Assembly (NCBI RefSeq): GCF_056712565.1
Contig: NZ_CM160072.1
Length of the DNA stretch: 64,000 bases
Strand: one strand, 5' to 3'
The notes below the pieces were generated by a model. That model did no database searches, had not been told where the DNA came from, and worked only from the letters and a program-made list of their open reading frames with translations. Of the stretch, positions 33,848 to 45,100 are shown piece after piece. The position numbers were made by a program, and so were the translations under genes. The first letter of the stretch is position 1. Each line of letters starts with the position of its first letter.

Positions 33848-34222
33848 ATGGCAACGAAAGAGCAAAATCTGAAACGGCTTGATGAACTGGCCCTGATTCT
33901 GGGGCGTGAGCCGGATATATCCGGGAGTGCCGCAGAGATAGCGCAGCGGGTGGCAGAATGGGAAGAGGAAATGCAGTCATCCGGCGATGATGTACAGGTT
34001 ATGAATATGGATATCCGGGAGCGGGAAACCGCGGCTCATGATGTTCGTGAGGAAACATCCGGCGCGTTAACGCGCATCAGAGTTCTGACCTGCCTCCATC
34101 TCTGTGGCGTTGATGGTGAAACGGGGGAATCCGTTGAGCTTGCGGATGTTGGTCGGGTGATTCTGATTATGTCCTCAGATGCAAAAACACACGTTGATGG
34201 TGGAATGGCTGTTTATGCGTGA
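33848..34222 (+). CDS. FI: DNA packaging protein FI
   Basis: 124 aa from MATKEQNLKRLDELALILGREPD...; lambda FI position. Confidence 0.75.
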   Translation: MATKEQNLKRLDELALILGREPDISGSAAEIAQRVAEWEEEMQSSGDDVQVMNMDIRERETAAHDVREETSGALTRIRVLTCLHLCGVDGETGESVELADVGRVILIMSSDAKTHVDGGMAVYA

Positions 34223-34568
34223 TTTTCAGAATGCCTTTGATGCCGCCCTTGCCGGGGTGGACAGTACGATTGTTGAAGTGATGGGCATCAGTGCGCAGTT
34301 CACCTCCGGTGCACAGCGTGGCGGCGAGGTTCATGGCGTTTTTGACGATCCGGAGTCGCTGGGTTTTGCCAGTAGTGGGATCCGTATTGAAGGAAGTAAC
34401 CCGTCATTATTTGTGCTTACGGATACGGTTTGTGCTGTACGGCGTGGTGACACGCTGACCATTAACGGCGAGATGTTCTGGGTGGACCGTGTTTCTCCGG
34501 ATGACGGAGGGAGTTGTTATCTCTGGCTCAACCGGGGGCAACCACCTGCCGCCAGCCGTCGCCGCTGA
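34215..34568 (+). CDS. FII: Head-tail connector FII
   Basis: 117 aa from MRDFQNAFDAALAG...; C-terminus WVDRVSPDDGGSCYLWL matches lambda FII. Confidence 0.88.
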   Translation: MRDFQNAFDAALAGVDSTIVEVMGISAQFTSGAQRGGEVHGVFDDPESLGFASSGIRIEGSNPSLFVLTDTVCAVRRGDTLTINGEMFWVDRVSPDDGGSCYLWLNRGQPPAASRRR

Positions 34569-34579
34569 AAGGGGGATGT

Positions 34580-35158
34580 ATGGCCATAAAAGGTCTTGAG
34601 CAGGCCGTTGAAAACCTCAGCCGTATCAGCAAAACGGCAGTGCCTGGTGCCGCCGCAATGGCCATTAACCGCGTTGCTTCATCCGCGATATCGCAGTCGG
34701 CGTCACTGGTTGCCCGTGAGACAAAGGTACGCCGGAAACTGGTAAAGGAAAGGGCCAGGCTGAAAAGGGCCACGGTCAAAAATCCGCAGGCCAGAATCAA
34801 AGTTAACCGGGGGGATTTGCCCGTAATCAGGCTGGGTAACGCGCGGGTTGTCCTGTCCCGACGCAGGCGTCGTAAAAAGGGGCAGCGTTCATCCCTGAAA
34901 GGTGGCGGCAGCGTGCTTGTGGTGGGAAACCGTCGTATTCCCGGCGCGTTTATTCAGCAACTGAAAAATGGCCGGTGGCATGTCATGCAGCGTGTGGCCG
35001 GGAAAAACCGTTACCCCATTGATGTGGTGAAAATCCCGATGGCGGTGCCGCTGACCACGGCGTTTAAACAGAATATTGAGCGGATACGGCGTGAGCGTCT
35101 TCCGAAAGAGCTGGGCTATGCGCTGCAGCATCAACTGAGAATGGTAATAAAGCGATGA
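34580..35158 (+). CDS. Z: Tail completion protein Z
   Basis: 192 aa from MAIKGLEQAVENLSRISKTAVPGAAAMAINRVASSAIS...; near-identical to lambda Z. Confidence 0.92.
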   Translation: MAIKGLEQAVENLSRISKTAVPGAAAMAINRVASSAISQSASLVARETKVRRKLVKERARLKRATVKNPQARIKVNRGDLPVIRLGNARVVLSRRRRRKKGQRSSLKGGGSVLVVGNRRIPGAFIQQLKNGRWHVMQRVAGKNRYPIDVVKIPMAVPLTTAFKQNIERIRRERLPKELGYALQHQLRMVIKR

Positions 35159-35550
35159 AACATACTGAACTCCGTGCAGCCGTACTGGATGCACTGGAGA
35201 AGCATGACACCGGGGCGACGCTTTTTGATGGTCGCCCTGCTGTTTTTGATGAGGAAGATTTTCCGGCAATTGCCGTTTATCTCACCGGCGCTGAATACAC
35301 GGGCGAAGAGCTGGACAGCGATACCTGGCAGGCGGAGCTGCATATTGAAGTTTTCCTGCCTGCTCAGGTGCCGGATTCAGAGCTGGATTCGTGGATGGAG
35401 TCCCGGATTTATCCGGTGATGAGCGATATCCCGGCACTGTCAGATTTGATCACCAGTATGGTGGCCAGTGGCTATGACTACCGGCGCGACGATGATGCGG
35501 GCCTGTGGAGTTCAGCCGATCTGACTTATGTCATTACCTATGAAATGTGA
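35155..35550 (+). CDS. U: Tail terminator U
   Basis: 131 aa [48 protein letters not shown]... Confidence 0.9.
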   Translation: MKHTELRAAVLDALEKHDTGATLFDGRPAVFDEEDFPAIAVYLTGAEYTGEELDSDTWQAELHIEVFLPAQVPDSELDSWMESRIYPVMSDIPALSDLITSMVASGYDYRRDDDAGLWSSADLTYVITYEM

Positions 35551-35557
35551 GGACGAT

Positions 35558-36298
35558 ATGCCAACACCAAATCCTCGGGCACCGGTGAAAGGGGCCGGGA
35601 CCACACTGTGGGTTTATAACGGGAGCGGCGACCCTTATGCAAACCCGCTTTCAGACAATGACTGGTCGCGTCTGGCAAAAATTAAAGACCTGACGCCCGG
35701 CGAACTGACCGCTGAGTCCTATGACGACAGTTATCTCGATGATGAAGATGCGGACTGGACCGCGACCGGGCAGGGGCAGAAATCCGCCGGAGATACCAGC
35801 TTCACGCTGGCGTGGATGCCCGGAGAGCAGGGGCAGCAGGCGCTGCTGGCGTGGTTTAATGAAGGTGATACCCGTGCCTATAAAATCCGCTTCCCGAACG
35901 GCACGGTCGATGTGTTCCGTGGCTGGGTCAGCAGTATCGGTAAGGCGGTGACGGCGAAGGAAGTGATCACCCGTACGGTGAAGGTCACCAATGTGGGCCG
36001 TCCGTCAATGGCAGAAGATCGCAGTACGGTGACGGCGGCAACCGGTATGACCGTGACGCCTGCCAGCTCCTCGGTGGTGAAAGGGCAGAGCACCACGCTG
36101 ACCGTGGCCTTCCAGCCGGAGGGCGCAACTGACAAGAGCTTCCGTGCGGTGTCAGCGGATAAAACAAAAGCCACCGTGTCGGTCAGTGGTATGACCATCA
36201 CCGTGAACGGCGTTGCTGCAGGCAAGGTCAACATTCCGGTTGTATCCGGTAATGGTGAACTTGCTGCGGTTGCAGAAATCACTGTCACCGACAGTTAA
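35558..36298 (+). CDS. V: Major tail tube protein V (with C-terminal Ig-like domain)
   Basis: 246 aa from [45 protein letters not shown]... Confidence 0.93.
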   Translation: MPTPNPRAPVKGAGTTLWVYNGSGDPYANPLSDNDWSRLAKIKDLTPGELTAESYDDSYLDDEDADWTATGQGQKSAGDTSFTLAWMPGEQGQQALLAWFNEGDTRAYKIRFPNGTVDVFRGWVSSIGKAVTAKEVITRTVKVTNVGRPSMAEDRSTVTAATGMTVTPASSSVVKGQSTTLTVAFQPEGATDKSFRAVSADKTKATVSVSGMTITVNGVAAGKVNIPVVSGNGELAAVAEITVTDS

Positions 36299-36313
36299 TC
36301 CGGAGAGTCAGCG

Positions 36314-36736
36314 ATGTTCCTGAAAACCGAATCATTTGAACATAACGGCGTGACCGTCACGCTTTCTGAACTGTCAGCCCTGCAGCGTATTGAGCATCTC
36401 GCCCTGATGAAACAGCAGGCAGAACAGGCGGAGTCAGACAGCAACCGGCAGGTTACTGTGGAAGACGCCATCAGAACCGGTGCTTTTGTGGTGGCGATGT
36501 CCCTGTGGCATAACCATCCGCAGAAGACAAAGCAGCCTTCCATGAATGAAGCCGTTAAACAGATTGAGCAGGAAGTGCTTACCACCTGGCCCGCGGAGGC
36601 AATTTCTCATGCTGAAAACGTGGTGTACCGGCTGTCCGGTATGTATGGGTTTGTGGTGAATGATGCCCCTGACCAGGCAGAGGACTCCGGGCCTGCAGAG
36701 CCTGTTTCTGCGGGAAAGTGTTCGACGGTGAGCTGA
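36314..36736 (+). CDS. G: Tail assembly chaperone G
   Basis: 140 aa MFLKTESFEHNGVTVTLSELSALQRIEHLALMK... ending ...VSAGKCSTVS. Confidence 0.92.
   Translation: MFLKTESFEHNGVTVTLSELSALQRIEHLALMKQQAEQAESDSNRQVTVEDAIRTGAFVVAMSLWHNHPQKTKQPSMNEAVKQIEQEVLTTWPAEAISHAENVVYRLSGMYGFVVNDAPDQAEDSGPAEPVSAGKCSTVS
36712..36718 (+). promoter_or_regulatory. Slippery heptamer G GGA AAG for -1 programmed frameshift producing G-T fusion
   Basis: GGGAAAG in the G zero frame (codons GCG GGA AAG), 6 codons before the G stop; T ORF opens in the -1 frame here. Confidence 0.85.
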
Positions 36737-37152
36737 GTTTTGCCCTGAAACTGGCGCGAGAGATGGGGCGACCTGACTGGCGCGCCATGCTTGCCGGGAT
36801 GTCATCCACGGAGTATGCCGACTGGCACCGCTTTTACAGTACCCATTATTTTCATGATGTTCTGCTGAATATGCACTTTTCCGGGCTGACGTACACTGTG
36901 CTCAGCCTGTTTTTCAGCGATCCGGATATGCATCCGCTGGATTTCAGTTTGCTGAACCGGCGTGAGGATGACGAAGAGCCTGAAGATGATGTGCTGATGC
37001 AGAAAGCGGCAGGGCTTACCGGAGGCGTCCGCTTTGACCCGGACGGAAATGAAGTTATCCCCGCTTCCCCGGATATGGCGGGCATGACGGAGGATGACGT
37101 AATGCTGATGACAGTATCAGAAGGGATCGCAGGAGGAGTCCGGTATGGCTGA
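36718..37152 (+). CDS. T: T-frame segment of tail assembly chaperone GT (expressed only by -1 frameshift from G)
   Basis: 144 aa ORF in -1 frame overlapping the G 3' end and running to the H start. Confidence 0.85.
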   Translation: MFDGELSFALKLAREMGRPDWRAMLAGMSSTEYADWHRFYSTHYFHDVLLNMHFSGLTYTVLSLFFSDPDMHPLDFSLLNRREDDEEPEDDVLMQKAAGLTGGVRFDPDGNEVIPASPDMAGMTEDDVMLMTVSEGIAGGVRYG

Positions 37153-39706
37153 ACCGGTAGGCGATCTGGTCGTTGATTTAAGTCTGGATGCGGCCAGATT
37201 TGACGAGCAGATGGCCAGAGTCAGGCGTCATTTTTCCGGTACGGAAAGTGATGCGAAAAAAACAGCGGCAGTCGTTGAACAGTCGCTGAGCCGACAGGCG
37301 CTGGCTGCACAGAAAGCGGGGATTTCCGTCGGGCAGTATAAAGCCGCCATGCGTATGCTGCCTGCACAGTTCACCGACGTGGCCACGCAGCTTGCAGGCG
37401 GGCAAAGCCCGTGGCTGATCCTGCTGCAACAGGGTGGTCAGGTTAAGGACTCCTTCGGCGGGATGATCCCCATGTTCCGGGGGCTTGCCGGTGCGATCAC
37501 CCTGCCGATGGTCGGGGCCACCTCGCTGGCGGTGGCGACCGGTGCGCTGGCGTATGCCTGGTATCAGGGTAACTCAACCCTGTCCGATTTCAACAAAACG
37601 CTGGTCCTTTCCGGCAATCAGTCGGGTCTGACGGCAGATCGTATGCTGGTCCTGTCCAGAGCCGGGCAGGCGGCAGGGCTGACGTTTAACCAGACCAGCG
37701 AGTCACTCAGCGCACTGGTTAAGGCGGGAGTAAGCGGTGAGGCTCAGATTGCATCCATCAGCCAGAGTGTGGCGCGTTTCTCCTCTGCATCCGGCGTGGA
37801 GGTGGACAAGGTCGCTGAAGCCTTCGGGAAGCTGACCACTGACCCGACGTCGGGGCTGACGGCGATGGCGCGCCAGTTCCATAACGTAACGGCGGAGCAG
37901 ATTGCGTATGTTGCTCAGTTGCAGCGTTCCGGCGATGAATCCGGGGCATTGCAGGCGGCGAACGAGGCCGCAACGAAAGGGTTTGATGACCAGACCCGAC
38001 GCCTGAAAGAGAACATGGGCACGCTGGAAACCTGGGCAGACAGGACAGCACGGGCATTCAAATCCATGTGGGATGCGGTGCTGGATATTGGTCGTCCTGA
38101 TACCGCTCAGGAGATGCTGATTAAGGCAGAGGCTGCGTTTAAGAAAGCGGACGACATCTGGAATCTGCGCAAGGATGATTATTTTGTTAACGATGAAGCG
38201 CGGGCGCGTTACTGGGATGATCGTGAAAAGGCCCGTCTTGCGCTTGAAGCCGCCCGAAAGAAGGCTGAACAGCAGAGTCAACAGGACAAAAATGCGCAGC
38301 AGCAGAGCGATACCGAAGCATCACGGCTGAAATATACCGAAGAGGCGCAGAAGGCTTACGAACGGCTGCAGACACCGCTGGAGAAATATACCGCCCGTCA
38401 GGAAGAACTGAACAAGGCACTGAAAGACGGGAAAATCCTGCAGGCAGATTACAACACGCTGATGGCGGCGGCGAAAAAGGATTATGAAGCGACGCTGAAA
38501 AAGCCGAAACAGTCCGGCGTGAAGGTGTCTGCGGGCGATCGTCAGGAAGACAGTGCTCATGCTGCCCTGCTGACGCTTCAGGCTGAACTCCGGACGCTGG
38601 AGAAGCATGCCGGAGCAAATGAGAAAATCAGCCAGCAGCGCCGGGATTTGTGGAAGGCGGAGAGTCAGTTCGCGGTACTGGAGGAGGCGGCGCAACGTCG
38701 CCAGCTGTCTGCACAGGAGAAATCCCTGCTGGCGCATAAAGATGAGACGCTGGAGTACAAACGCCAGCTGGCTGCACTTGGCGACAAGGTTACGTATCAG
38801 GAGCGCCTGAACGCGCTGGCGCAGCAGGCGGATAAATTCGCACAGCAGCAACGGGCAAAACGGGCCGCTATTGATGCGAAAAGCCGGGGGCTGACTGACC
38901 GGCAGGCAGAACGGGAAGCCACGGAACAGCGCCTGAAGGAACAGTATGGCGATAATCCTCTGGCGCTGAATAACGTCATGTCAGAGCAGAAAAAGACCTG
39001 GGCGGCTGAAGACCTGCTTCGCGGGAACTGGATGGCAGGCCTGAAGTCCGGCTGGAGTGAGTGGGAAGAGAGTGCCACGGACAGTATGTCGCAGGTTAAA
39101 AGTGCTGCCACGCAGACCTTTGATGGTATTGCGCAGAATATGGCGGCGATGCTGACCGGCAGTGAACAGAACTGGCGCAGCTTCACCCGTTCCGTGCTGT
39201 CCATGATGACAGAAATTCTGCTTAAGCAGGCAATGGTGGGGATTGTCGGGAGTATCGGCAGCGCTATTGGCGGGGCTGTTGGTGGCGGCGCATCCGCGTC
39301 AGGCGGTACAGCCATTCAGGCCGCTGCGGCGAAACTCCATTTTGCAACCGGAGGATTTACGGGAACCGGCGGCAAATATGAGCCAGCGGGGATTGTTCAC
39401 CGTGGTGAATTTGTCTTCACGAAGGAGGCAACCAGCCGGATTGGCGTGGGAAATCTCTACCGGCTGATGCGCGGCTATGCCACCGGCGGTTATGTCGGTG
39501 GCACCGGAAGTCCGGCGCAAATGCGGCGTTCAGAGGGTATCAGGTTTGAGCAGAACAACAACGTGGTGATTCAGAACGACGGTACGAATGGTCTGCCAGG
39601 TCCACAGATGATGAAGGCGGTGTATGACATGGCCCGCAAGGGTGCCCGTGATGAAATCCAGGCACAGATGCGCGATGGTGGTCTGTTCTCCGGAGGTGGA
39701 CGATGA
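37145..39706 (+). CDS. H: Tail tape measure protein H
   Basis: 853 aa (same length as lambda gpH); MAEPVGDLVVDLSLDAARFDEQMARVRRHF... Confidence 0.93.
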   Translation: MAEPVGDLVVDLSLDAARFDEQMARVRRHFSGTESDAKKTAAVVEQSLSRQALAAQKAGISVGQYKAAMRMLPAQFTDVATQLAGGQSPWLILLQQGGQVKDSFGGMIPMFRGLAGAITLPMVGATSLAVATGALAYAWYQGNSTLSDFNKTLVLSGNQSGLTADRMLVLSRAGQAAGLTFNQTSESLSALVKAGVSGEAQIASISQSVARFSSASGVEVDKVAEAFGKLTTDPTSGLTAMARQFHNVTAEQIAYVAQLQRSGDESGALQAANEAATKGFDDQTRRLKENMGTLETWADRTARAFKSMWDAVLDIGRPDTAQEMLIKAEAAFKKADDIWNLRKDDYFVNDEARARYWDDREKARLALEAARKKAEQQSQQDKNAQQQSDTEASRLKYTEEAQKAYERLQTPLEKYTARQEELNKALKDGKILQADYNTLMAAAKKDYEATLKKPKQSGVKVSAGDRQEDSAHAALLTLQAELRTLEKHAGANEKISQQRRDLWKAESQFAVLEEAAQRRQLSAQEKSLLAHKDETLEYKRQLAALGDKVTYQERLNALAQQADKFAQQQRAKRAAIDAKSRGLTDRQAEREATEQRLKEQYGDNPLALNNVMSEQKKTWAAEDLLRGNWMAGLKSGWSEWEESATDSMSQVKSAATQTFDGIAQNMAAMLTGSEQNWRSFTRSVLSMMTEILLKQAMVGIVGSIGSAIGGAVGGGASASGGTAIQAAAAKLHFATGGFTGTGGKYEPAGIVHRGEFVFTKEATSRIGVGNLYRLMRGYATGGYVGGTGSPAQMRRSEGIRFEQNNNVVIQNDGTNGLPGPQMMKAVYDMARKGARDEIQAQMRDGGLFSGGGR

Positions 39707-40032
39707 AAACCTTCCGCTGGAAAGTGAAACCCGGGATGGATGTGACATCGGCTCCTTCCGTCAGGGAGGTGCGCTTTGGTGATGGCTATTCCCAGCGTGC
39801 GCCTGCCGGGCTGAACGCTGACCTGAAAACGTACAGCGTGACGCTGTCTGTCTCCCGTGAGGAGGCCACGGCGCTGGAGTCGTTTCTGGCTGAGCACGGG
39901 GGCTGGAAGGCCTTTCTGTGGACGCCGCCTTATGGTTACAGGCAGATAAAGGTGACCTGCGCAAAATGGTCGTCGCGGGTCAGTATGCTGCGTGTTGAGT
40001 TCAGCGCAGAGTTTGAACAGGTGGTGAACTGA
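39703..40032 (+). CDS. M: Tail tip protein M
   Basis: 109 aa; MKTFRWKVKPGMDVTSAPSVREVRFGDGYSQRAPAGLNADLKTYSVTLSV... Confidence 0.9.
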   Translation: MKTFRWKVKPGMDVTSAPSVREVRFGDGYSQRAPAGLNADLKTYSVTLSVSREEATALESFLAEHGGWKAFLWTPPYGYRQIKVTCAKWSSRVSMLRVEFSAEFEQVVN

Positions 40033-40730
40033 TGCAGGATATCCGGCAGGAAACATTGAATGAATGCACCCGTGCGGAGCAGTCGGCCAGCGTGGTGCTC
40101 TGGGAAATCGATCTGACAGAGGTCGGTGGAGAACGTTATTTTTTCTGTAATGAGCAGAACGAAAAAGGTGAGCCGGTCACCTGGCAGGGGCGACAGTATC
40201 AGCCGTATCCCATTCAGGGGAGTAGTTTTGAACTGAATGGCAAAGGCACCAGTACGCGCCCCACGCTGACGGTTTCTAACCTGTACGGTATGGTCACCGG
40301 GATGGTGGAAGATCTGCAGAGTCTGGTCGGCGGAACGGTGGTCAGGCGTAAGGTTTACGCCCGTTTTCTGGATGCGGTGAACTTCGTCAACGGAAACAGC
40401 GACGCCGATCCGGAGCAGGAGGTGATCAGCCGCTGGCGCATCGAGCAGTGCAGCGAACTGAGTGCGGTCAGTGCCTCCTTTGTACTGTCCACACCGACGG
40501 AAACGGATGGTGCCGTTTTTCCGGGGCGCATCATGCTGGCTAATACCTGCACCTGGACCTATCGCGGTGATGAGTGCGGTTATCACGGTCCGGCGGTCGC
40601 GGATGAATATGATCAGCCGACTTCCGATATCACGAAGGATAAATGCAGCAAATGCCTGAGCGGCTGTAAGTTTCGCAATAACGTCGGCAACTTTGGCGGC
40701 TTCCTTTCCATTAACAAACTTTCGCAGTAA
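40032..40730 (+). CDS. L: Tail tip protein L
   Basis: 232 aa; MQDIRQETLNECTRAEQSASVVLWEIDLTEVGGERYFFCNEQNEKGEPVTWQG... Confidence 0.9.
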   Translation: MQDIRQETLNECTRAEQSASVVLWEIDLTEVGGERYFFCNEQNEKGEPVTWQGRQYQPYPIQGSSFELNGKGTSTRPTLTVSNLYGMVTGMVEDLQSLVGGTVVRRKVYARFLDAVNFVNGNSDADPEQEVISRWRIEQCSELSAVSASFVLSTPTETDGAVFPGRIMLANTCTWTYRGDECGYHGPAVADEYDQPTSDITKDKCSKCLSGCKFRNNVGNFGGFLSINKLSQ

Positions 40731-40735
40731 ATCCC

Positions 40736-41479
40736 ATGACAGAGACAGAATCAGCGATTCTGGCGCATGCCCGGCGATGTGCGCCAGCGGAGTCGTGCGG
40801 CTTCGTGGTGAGAGCGCCGGAGGGGGAAAGATATTTTCCCTGCGTGAATATCTCCGGTGAGCCGGAGGCGTATTTCCGGATGGCTCCGGAGGACTGGCTG
40901 CAGGCAGAGATGCAGGGTGAGATTGTGGCGCTGGTCCACAGTCATCCCGGTGGTCTGCCCTGGCTGAGTGAGGCCGACCGGCGGCTGCAGGTGCAGAGTG
41001 ATTTGCCGTGGTGGCTGGTCTGCCGGGGGGCGATTCATAAGTTCCGCTGTGTGCCGCATCTCACCGGGCGGCGCTTTGAGCACGGGGTGACGGACTGTTA
41101 CACGCTGTTCCGGGACGCTTACCATCTGGCGGGGATTGAGATGCCGGACTTTCATCGTGAGGATGACTGGTGGCGTAACGGCCAGAATCTCTATCTTGAT
41201 AATCTGGAGGCCACAGGGCTGTATCAGGTGCCGTTGTCAGCGGCGCAGCCGGGCGATGTGCTGCTGTGCTGCTTTGGTTCATCGGTGCCGAATCATGCCG
41301 CTATTTACTGTGGTGACGGCGAGCTGCTGCACCATATTCCTGAACAACTGAGTAAACGAGAGAGGTATACCGACAAATGGCAGCGACGCACACACTCCCT
41401 CTGGCGTCACCGGGCATGGCGCGCATCTGCCTTTACGGGGATTTACAACGATTTGGCCGCCGCATCGACCTTCGTGTGA
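40736..41479 (+). CDS. K: Tail tip assembly protein K (JAB/MPN plus NlpC/P60-like); start uncertain
   Basis: 247 aa ORF with HSHPGG motif and C...H peptidase-like region; an internal start MAPEDW at 40880 would give 199 aa. Confidence 0.85.
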   Translation: MTETESAILAHARRCAPAESCGFVVRAPEGERYFPCVNISGEPEAYFRMAPEDWLQAEMQGEIVALVHSHPGGLPWLSEADRRLQVQSDLPWWLVCRGAIHKFRCVPHLTGRRFEHGVTDCYTLFRDAYHLAGIEMPDFHREDDWWRNGQNLYLDNLEATGLYQVPLSAAQPGDVLLCCFGSSVPNHAAIYCGDGELLHHIPEQLSKRERYTDKWQRRTHSLWRHRAWRASAFTGIYNDLAAASTFV

Positions 41480-42048
41480 AAACGGGGGCTGAAGCCATCC
41501 GCGCACTGGCCACACAGCTCCCGGTGTTTCGTCAGAAACTGAGCGACGGCTGGTATCAGGTACGGATTGCCGGGCGGGACGTCAGCACGTCCGGGTTAAC
41601 GGCGCAGTTACATGAGACTCTGCCTGATGGCGCTGTGATTCATATTGTTCCCAGAGTCGCCGGGGCCAAGTCAGGTGGCGTATTCCAGATTGTCCTGGGG
41701 GCTGCCGCCATTGCCGGATCATTCTTTACCGCCGGAGCCACCCTTGCAGCATGGGGGGCAGCCATTGGGGCCGGTGGTATGACCGGCATCCTGTTTTCTC
41801 TCGGTGCCAGTATGGTGCTCGGTGGTGTGGCGCAGATGCTGGCACCGAAAGCCAGAACTCCCCGTACACAGACAACGGATAACGGCAAACAGAACACCTA
41901 TTTCTCCTCACTGGATAACATGGTTGCCCAGGGCAATGTTCTGCCGGTTCTGTACGGTGAAATGCGCGTGGGGTCACGCGTGGTTTCTCAGGAGATCAGC
42001 ACGGCAGACGAAGGGGATGGTGGTCAGGTTGTGGTGATTGGTCGCTGA
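41377..42048 (+). CDS. I: Tail tip assembly protein I
   Basis: 223 aa; MAATHTLPLASPGMARICLYGDLQRFGRRIDLRVKTGAEAIRALATQLPVF... Confidence 0.9.
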   Translation: MAATHTLPLASPGMARICLYGDLQRFGRRIDLRVKTGAEAIRALATQLPVFRQKLSDGWYQVRIAGRDVSTSGLTAQLHETLPDGAVIHIVPRVAGAKSGGVFQIVLGAAAIAGSFFTAGATLAAWGAAIGAGGMTGILFSLGASMVLGGVAQMLAPKARTPRTQTTDNGKQNTYFSSLDNMVAQGNVLPVLYGEMRVGSRVVSQEISTADEGDGGQVVVIGR

Positions 42049-42108
42049 TGCAAAATGTTTTATGTGAAACCGCCTCCGGGCGGTTTTATCGTTTATGGAG
42101 CATGAGGA

Positions 42109-45100
42109 ATGGGTAAAGGCAGCAGTAAGGGGCATACCCCGCGCGAAGCGAAGGACAACCTGAAATCATCCCAGATGCTGAGCGTGATAGACGCCATCAG
42201 CGAAGGGCCGGTTGAAGGTCCGGTGGATGGATTAAAAAGCGTGCTGCTGAACAGTACGCCGGTGCTGGACAGTGAGGGGAATACCAATATATTCGGCGTC
42301 ACGGTGGTGTTCCGGGCCGGTGAGCAGGAGCAGACTCCGCCGGAGGGATTTGAATCCTCCGGCTCCGAGACGGTGCTCGGTACGGAAGTGAAATATGACA
42401 CGCCGATCACCCGGACCATCACGTCGGCAAACATTGACCGTCTGCGTTTTACTTTCGGCGTGCAGGCACTGGTGGAAACCACCTCAAAGGGGGACAGGAA
42501 TCCATCGGAAGTCCGCCTGCTGGTTCAGATTCAACGTAACGGTGGCTGGGTGACGGAAAAAGACATCACCATTAAGGGCAAAACCACCTCGCAGTATCTG
42601 GCCTCGGTGGTGGTGGATAACCTGCCGCCGCGCCCGTTTAATATCCGGATGCGCAGGATGACGCCGGACAGCACCACAGACCAGTTGCAGAACAAAACGC
42701 TCTGGTCGTCATACACCGAAATCATCGATGTGAAACAGTGCTACCCGAACACGGCACTGGTCGGCGTACAGGTGGACTCGGAGCAGTTCGGCAGCCAGCA
42801 GGTGAGCCGTAATTATCATCTTCGCGGGCGCATTCTGCAGGTGCCGTCGAACTATAACCCGCAGACGCGGCAATACAGCGGTATCTGGGACGGAACGTTT
42901 AAGCCAGCATACAGCAACAACATGGCCTGGTGTCTGTGGGATATGCTGACCCATCCGCGCTACGGCATGGGGAAACGTCTTGGTGCGGCAGATGTGGATA
43001 AATGGGCGCTGTATGTCATCGGCCAGAATTGCGACCAGTCAGTGCCGGACGGCTTTGGCGGCACGGAGCCGCGCATCACCTGTAATGCGTACCTGACCAC
43101 ACAGCGCAAGGCGTGGGATGTGCTCAGTGATTTCTGCTCGGCGATGCGCTGTATGCCGGTATGGAACGGGCAGACGCTGACGTTCGTGCAGGACCGACCG
43201 TCGGATAAGGTGTGGACCTATAACCGCAGTAATGTGGTGATGCCGGATGATGGTGCGCCGTTCCGCTACAGCTTCAGCGCCCTGAAAGACCGCCATAATG
43301 CTGTTGAGGTGAACTGGATTGACCCGGATAACGGCTGGGAGACGGCGACAGAGCTTGTGGAGGACACGCAGGCCATTGCCCGTTACGGTCGTAACGTCAC
43401 GAAGATGGATGCCTTTGGCTGTACCAGCCGGGGGCAGGCACACCGCGCCGGGCTGTGGCTGATTAAAACGGAACTGCTGGAGACGCAGACCGTGGATTTC
43501 AGCGTCGGCGCAGAAGGGCTTCGCCATGTACCGGGTGATGTTATTGAAATCTGCGATGATGACTATGCGGGGATCAGCATTGGCGGGCGCGTGCTGGCGG
43601 TGAACAGCCAGACCCGGACGCTGACGCTCGACCGTGAAATCACGCTGCCATCCTCCGGTACCACGCTGATAAGCCTGGTTGACGGTCAGGGTAATCCGGT
43701 CAGCGTGGAGGTCCAGTCCGTCACCGACGGCGTGAAGGTGAAAGTGAGCCGTGTTCCTGACGGCGTTGCAGAATACAGCGTGTGGGGGCTGAAGCTGCCG
43801 ACGCTGCGCCAGCGCCTGTTCCGCTGCGTGAGTATCCGTGAGAACGATGACGGCACGTATGCCATCACCGCCGTGCAGCATGTACCGGAGAAAGAAGCCA
43901 TCGTGGATAACGGGGCGCACTTTGACGGTGACCAGAGCGGCACGGTGAATGGTGTCACGCCGCCAGCAGTGCAGCACCTGACCGCCGAAGTCACTGCAGA
44001 CAGCGGGGAATATCAGGTGCTGGCGCGATGGGACACACCGAAGGTGGTGAAGGGCGTGAGCTTCCTGCTCCGTCTGACCGTAACAGCGGACGACGGCAGT
44101 GAGCGACTGGTCAGCACGGCCCGGACGACGGAAACCACATACCGCTTCACGCAACTGGCGCTGGGGAACTACAGGCTGACAGTCCGGGCGGTAAATGCCC
44201 GGGGGCAGCAGGGCGATCCGGCGTCGGTATCGTTCCGGATTGCCGCACCGGCAGCACCGTCGAGGATTGAGCTGACGCCGGGCTATTTTCAGATAACCGC
44301 CACGCCGCATCTTGCGGTTTATGATCCGACGGTACAGTTTGAGTTCTGGTTCTCGGAAAAGCGGATTACCGATATCAGGCAGGTTGAAACCACAGCCCGC
44401 TATCTTGGTACGGCGCTGTACTGGATAGCCGCCAGTATCAATATCAAACCGGGCCATGATTATTATTTTTACGTTCGCAGTGTGAACACCGTTGGCAAAT
44501 CGGCATTCGTGGAGGCTGTCGGTCGGGCGAGCGATGATGCGGAAGGTTACCTGGATTTTTTCAAAGGAGAAATCGGGAAAACACATCTGGCCCAGGAGTT
44601 GTGGACGCAGATTGATAACGGTCAGCTTGCGCCGGACCTGGCTGAAATCAGGACGTCCATTACGAATGTCAGCAATGAAATCACGCAGACCGTCAATAAA
44701 AAACTGGAAGACCAGAGTGCGGCAATCCAGCAGATACAGAAAGTTCAGGTTGATACAAATAATAACCTGAACAGCATGTGGGCCGTGAAACTGCAGCAGA
44801 TGAAGGACGGACGCCTTTATATTGCGGGTATTGGTGCCGGTGTTGAGAATACTCCTGACGGTATGCAGAGTCAGGTGCTGCTGGCGGCGGACAGGATTGC
44901 GATGATTAATCCTGCGAATGGCAACACAAAGCCGATGTTTGTTGGGCAGGGCGATCAGATATTCATGAACGAAGTGTTCCTGAAATATCTGACGGCTCCC
45001 ACCATTACCAGCGGTGGCAATCCCCCAACGTTTTCACTGACACCTGATGGTCGACTTTCTGCGAAAAATGCGGATATCAGCGGTAACGTGAACGCGAACT

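Noticed and set aside
37703-39315. Several 100-190 aa ORFs antisense to or out of frame with tape measure gene H
   Set aside because: H is a full-length lambda-like 853 aa protein; the alternatives are Arg/Pro/Ser-rich spurious frames
43039-44586. 515 aa ORF antisense to tail gene J
   Set aside because: Lies entirely within the lambda J coding region on the opposite strand; Arg/Pro-rich translation typical of a spurious open frame in GC-rich DNA
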